The notes beneath the pieces were generated by a model, which was not told where the DNA came from, searched no databases, and saw only the letters and a list, made by a program, of their open reading frames with translations. Of a stretch of DNA of 64,000 bases, positions 60,798-64,000 are shown in pieces. The DNA is from Piedraia hortae CBS 480.64. Its lineage: Eukaryota. Position 1 is the stretch's first letter, and the number at the start of each line of letters is the position of its first letter. The stretch spans positions 124,001 to 188,000 of the forward strand of contig MU005975.1 in the NCBI GenBank assembly GCA_010093745.1. Reading direction: 5' to 3'. The position numbers and the translations under genes were made by a program.

Positions 60798-61863
60798 TCG
60801 CAGTCTCTAGCACACAGGTCGCCATACACTCCTTAAAGGGTATTTTCCCGGTGCGAGAACATCGCACAAATTCGCCAGAGTAACTGTCTTGACTCGGTCT
60901 CTATGCCATCAGACGGTCTTAGCACCATTGCGGAAGACCCCAGGTTGCAGCTGTGGTCTTGAGCGGGTAATGAGGAGCCTGGGTGTGCTTACCAGCTTCG
61001 GAGATGCTTGTGCAATTAGTGATGGATACCAATGGCAAAGTAGAAGGTCATCTTACACGCCGCAGGAAAATTGGGACAGTTGTTCCACTGCTACGGCGTA
61101 TAAAGGCGACAAGCTTGGCCATCTCATGATACATATGTCCGGGTTTCGGGGATTACACAAGCGATTGACAGAGGCACTGTAGGACGATGATGATTGATTG
61201 AGGTTGGAGACCACAGGATGATAGAAGTTACTGTAGCATCAATATTCTGCATTCTCTTGGGGGCTTCTATTCGCCGGTCATATCCGCTCACATTTCCCTA
61301 TTATTCCCCACCGCATAACTCTTTGCTCCACCATCTGTAAGCTGTCCTGTCCTGTCTTGCCATTGTTAAATTGATATGAAACTCCATAGCGTTGGAATCT
61401 CACAGGACGGACTATCTTCGCCCACCTTTTCCCCAACGCCATATAAATCTATTTTCTTCATGTCCATTGATCGCTTTGTTCAGCATGAGTAAGTTTTTTT
61501 GCGATTTAATCGTCAAGGTTAAGAGTGGAGCAGAAACAAAGCGGCATTAGGCACACCTAGCGGAAACTTTTATTCTAGCCGCGACAAAGCCAATTTTGAG
61601 GGATTTAAAAATCTGATACAATGGTCACTGACGTTCTCCTCGGTTGAACCCTTCCAAAAAAACCAAATAGGTGATTGAAGATCTCTACTGTGACCGAACC
61701 TTCCCTCGGATTTCACCAATGAGAATAGAGTATGACGCATTCGAATCTCCGTGTTTTGGGTGCTCTTCGTAAATGCACTAGTGGGCAAGTCACAGTACCA
61801 TCTATTTACCTCATGGTTACGCTAGCAACCTTGGGACAAGTCGCGAGTTTATGGGTAAGTTTT

Positions 61864-62239
61864 TGTTGGCATGAAGTCTCGTTGCTATCAGTGTACGATG
61901 CCACTGCGCGACACCTCTTACACCAGCAGCTGCACCCTAGGTTTTGTCCTCACAGAGGTTTCCCTCAGGGTCATGTCGCATGCGACATGGTGAATGCGCC
62001 CTGCTACTGTTATGAGGTGAGTCATGGAGTAAGACTGCATGCTGACAGTCTTACTGCATGTATGACCACTTCCTTACAGTCATACAATTGATGACTCTTC
62101 ATACGAGGCTACGCACGGGCCTTCCAGCCCAGAATATATTCTCTGATATTCCCTCGAAGATATACTTGTATTCACTCATAAAACACATCTCTACTTTCCA
62201 TCCATCGTTCTCACTCATACATACTATCTGTCTTCGTCA
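61864..62239 (+). mobile_element. Solo LTR, family C, apparent TSD GTTTT
   Basis: GTTTT-TGTTGGCATG...TCGTCA-GTTTT. Confidence 0.88.
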
Positions 62240-62309
62240 GTTTTCACGTGATTACGCTAGCCCTGTTAAGCAGCTACATAGCACCGTCGGAGACACTTCT
62301 CTTCCGCAT

Positions 62310-62410
62310 CCACCTCTCACCTCTTCCACCTCTCACCTCTTCCACCTCTCACCTCTTCCACCTCTCACCTCTTCCACCTCTCACCTCTTCCACCTCTCAC
62401 CTCTTCCACC
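62310..62410 (+). repeat. 16-bp minisatellite CCACCTCTCACCTCTT, about 6 copies
   Basis: Perfect tandem units seen directly. Confidence 0.95.
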
Positions 62411-62474
62411 CCATACCAACTCTACACAATATTTTACTCATTCTTCAATATCACGCATTATCTCCTATCTCAGC

Positions 62475-63080
62475 ATGGCCAAGAGCATTACTCCCACCGG
62501 GCCGGATATTGTGCCCGGCAGCTGTATCACCTTTGAGCAGCTAGACGAGGACAATCAGATGATCGTCCACCGCCACCTGGCATTGAACTCTGAGCCCGAC
62601 ATGGAGTGGGTGAGGATGACCTTAGTTCCATCCAGGGAAGTCTTCGCCAAGACCCAGACGACGAAGAAGAATCCAGCGGGTAAGAAAACCCCGGCTCCCA
62701 AGACCATTAGCACGGACCCATCCCGTCGCTCGAGCCGCGTCCGCAAGCCTACGATTTGGAAGACCATGGATGCCAAGCCGAAGGAACAGTCTATTTCCGC
62801 CGCCAACTCGCTACCGGCAGGTGATGAAGAGTCTGCCGTCGATACTGCAGGCGAAAAACCAGTCCAGCCCAAGACGGTGACGGTGGCGGCTGATGCTACG
62901 GCCAAGGCTACTCCATTGTATTCCGTGCTCACGCGCTCCAAGGCCAAAGCGCGGGCTGCCGAGGATGGCGAATCGAAATTGATTGCCAACAAAGGCGGAA
63001 TTCGCGCCGCTGCCATCGCCATGTGCCTTGAACCACACTGGACTTCTAAAACTGCCTGTGCCGGTTCCGTCATTCTATAA
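62475..63080 (+). CDS. Hypothetical basic/low-complexity protein
   Basis: 201-aa ORF from AGCATGG; contains RRSSRVRKP and LTRSKAK; no recognised domain. Confidence 0.5.
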   Translation: MAKSITPTGPDIVPGSCITFEQLDEDNQMIVHRHLALNSEPDMEWVRMTLVPSREVFAKTQTTKKNPAGKKTPAPKTISTDPSRRSSRVRKPTIWKTMDAKPKEQSISAANSLPAGDEESAVDTAGEKPVQPKTVTVAADATAKATPLYSVLTRSKAKARAAEDGESKLIANKGGIRAAAIAMCLEPHWTSKTACAGSVIL

Positions 63081-64000
63081 TGAGCAAGACATTACAGCAA
63101 GTCCATCTTCGCATACAAGATTGCATTGTTCACAGGATCATCAGCACAATTCAAGTTCTTCATGGCGATTTTATGCCAGGAACGGTCTTACGTGTCATTT
63201 ATATGTATACACGCTCAGTGATGTCTAAGACTACGTGGAGGACATTTCCCTAACAAGACGACGTTATTAAGAGATGTCACTCCTTAGCATAGGTAGAGCC
63301 AGTCTTCTTTCTAATACGCCATATATTCTAAACCATCCACCTGATGCGTGTAAGCTTCTTCTAATATCCTTATACCACAGTACAGTGACTGCTGTATCGC
63401 ATGCCCCGTATGCCCCAAAATTCCCTTGCCTGGATATGTTATAATTGTCGTCTTCCCTGAGTTTTCCCTCTCATTCCTGACATTCTGTGGCCGGAGGATG
63501 CCATCTCTGCTCGCGAGCTTCGCTGGCTTCATTGGCAATAGATCTTCAATAGTCTGACATGTTCTCTCATGTTGCACATGCAAAGTCCTTTGATTGTCCA
63601 GATTTCCTCACTACTCGGATTTCATTTCTGGCTGTTCTGTTTTCTTTGTGTCAGGAATAGTATGGTTTGGGAAAATGTACATGATGAGGGAAAGAAACAG
63701 ATGACTAGGTGCAAGCGACTTTTCACAACGAAGAAGAAAGGAGACTTGAAAGAAGATGTGGAACAACAGAATCTTAATATCACACGGGGAAGAGCAAGAT
63801 TTGGAGGATGAACCTACGTTTCCTTCCTGCTTCACACGCATTCCCTCTGAACTAAAGCTGCAACATAGACGAGTATCCACCTCTGCCAGAGCCTGGCATA
63901 GAGATATACGGAGATTGCTGTTACTTGATTATCTTAGTCAACTCGGTCCATAAGACTGCCATTGTCAGACGTCTGCTGGAGGAGGTAGATAGGGCACCGG

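Noticed and set aside
62310..62410. CRISPR-like array
   Set aside because: Contiguous tandem units with no spacers, in a eukaryotic context with no cas genes.

Overview
Eukaryotic DNA from a filamentous ascomycete with a very compact genome. Most introns are 45-62 nt, GT...AG, with CTAAC/CTGAC branch sites; the species cannot be fixed from sequence alone. Tight blocks of conserved housekeeping genes (eIF2-gamma, SENP8/DEN1, ARC40, U2B''/U1A, ATG10, PAM17, PAQR/IZH; PEX22-like; eIF2B-gamma, POP4, PDX3, CHK2/Cds1, HIS2, FKBP12; MGS1) alternate with repeat-rich accessory tracts. The tracts hold at least four solo-LTR families (A-D, several with target-site duplications), a decayed Ty1/copia element, a hAT remnant, an F-box/LRR-like family (one intact gene, several pseudogenes), a MYND gene/pseudogene pair, an eIF3c pseudogene fragment, an orphan secreted-protein gene and a U14 snoRNA. 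The best-supported novel structures are a 2.2 kb inversion inside the copia element between two inverted family-A LTRs, reconstructable from TSD and reading-frame joins, and a nest of solo LTRs inside an F-box pseudogene. I found no convincing new multi-gene system. All homology calls are from motif recognition, not database searches.
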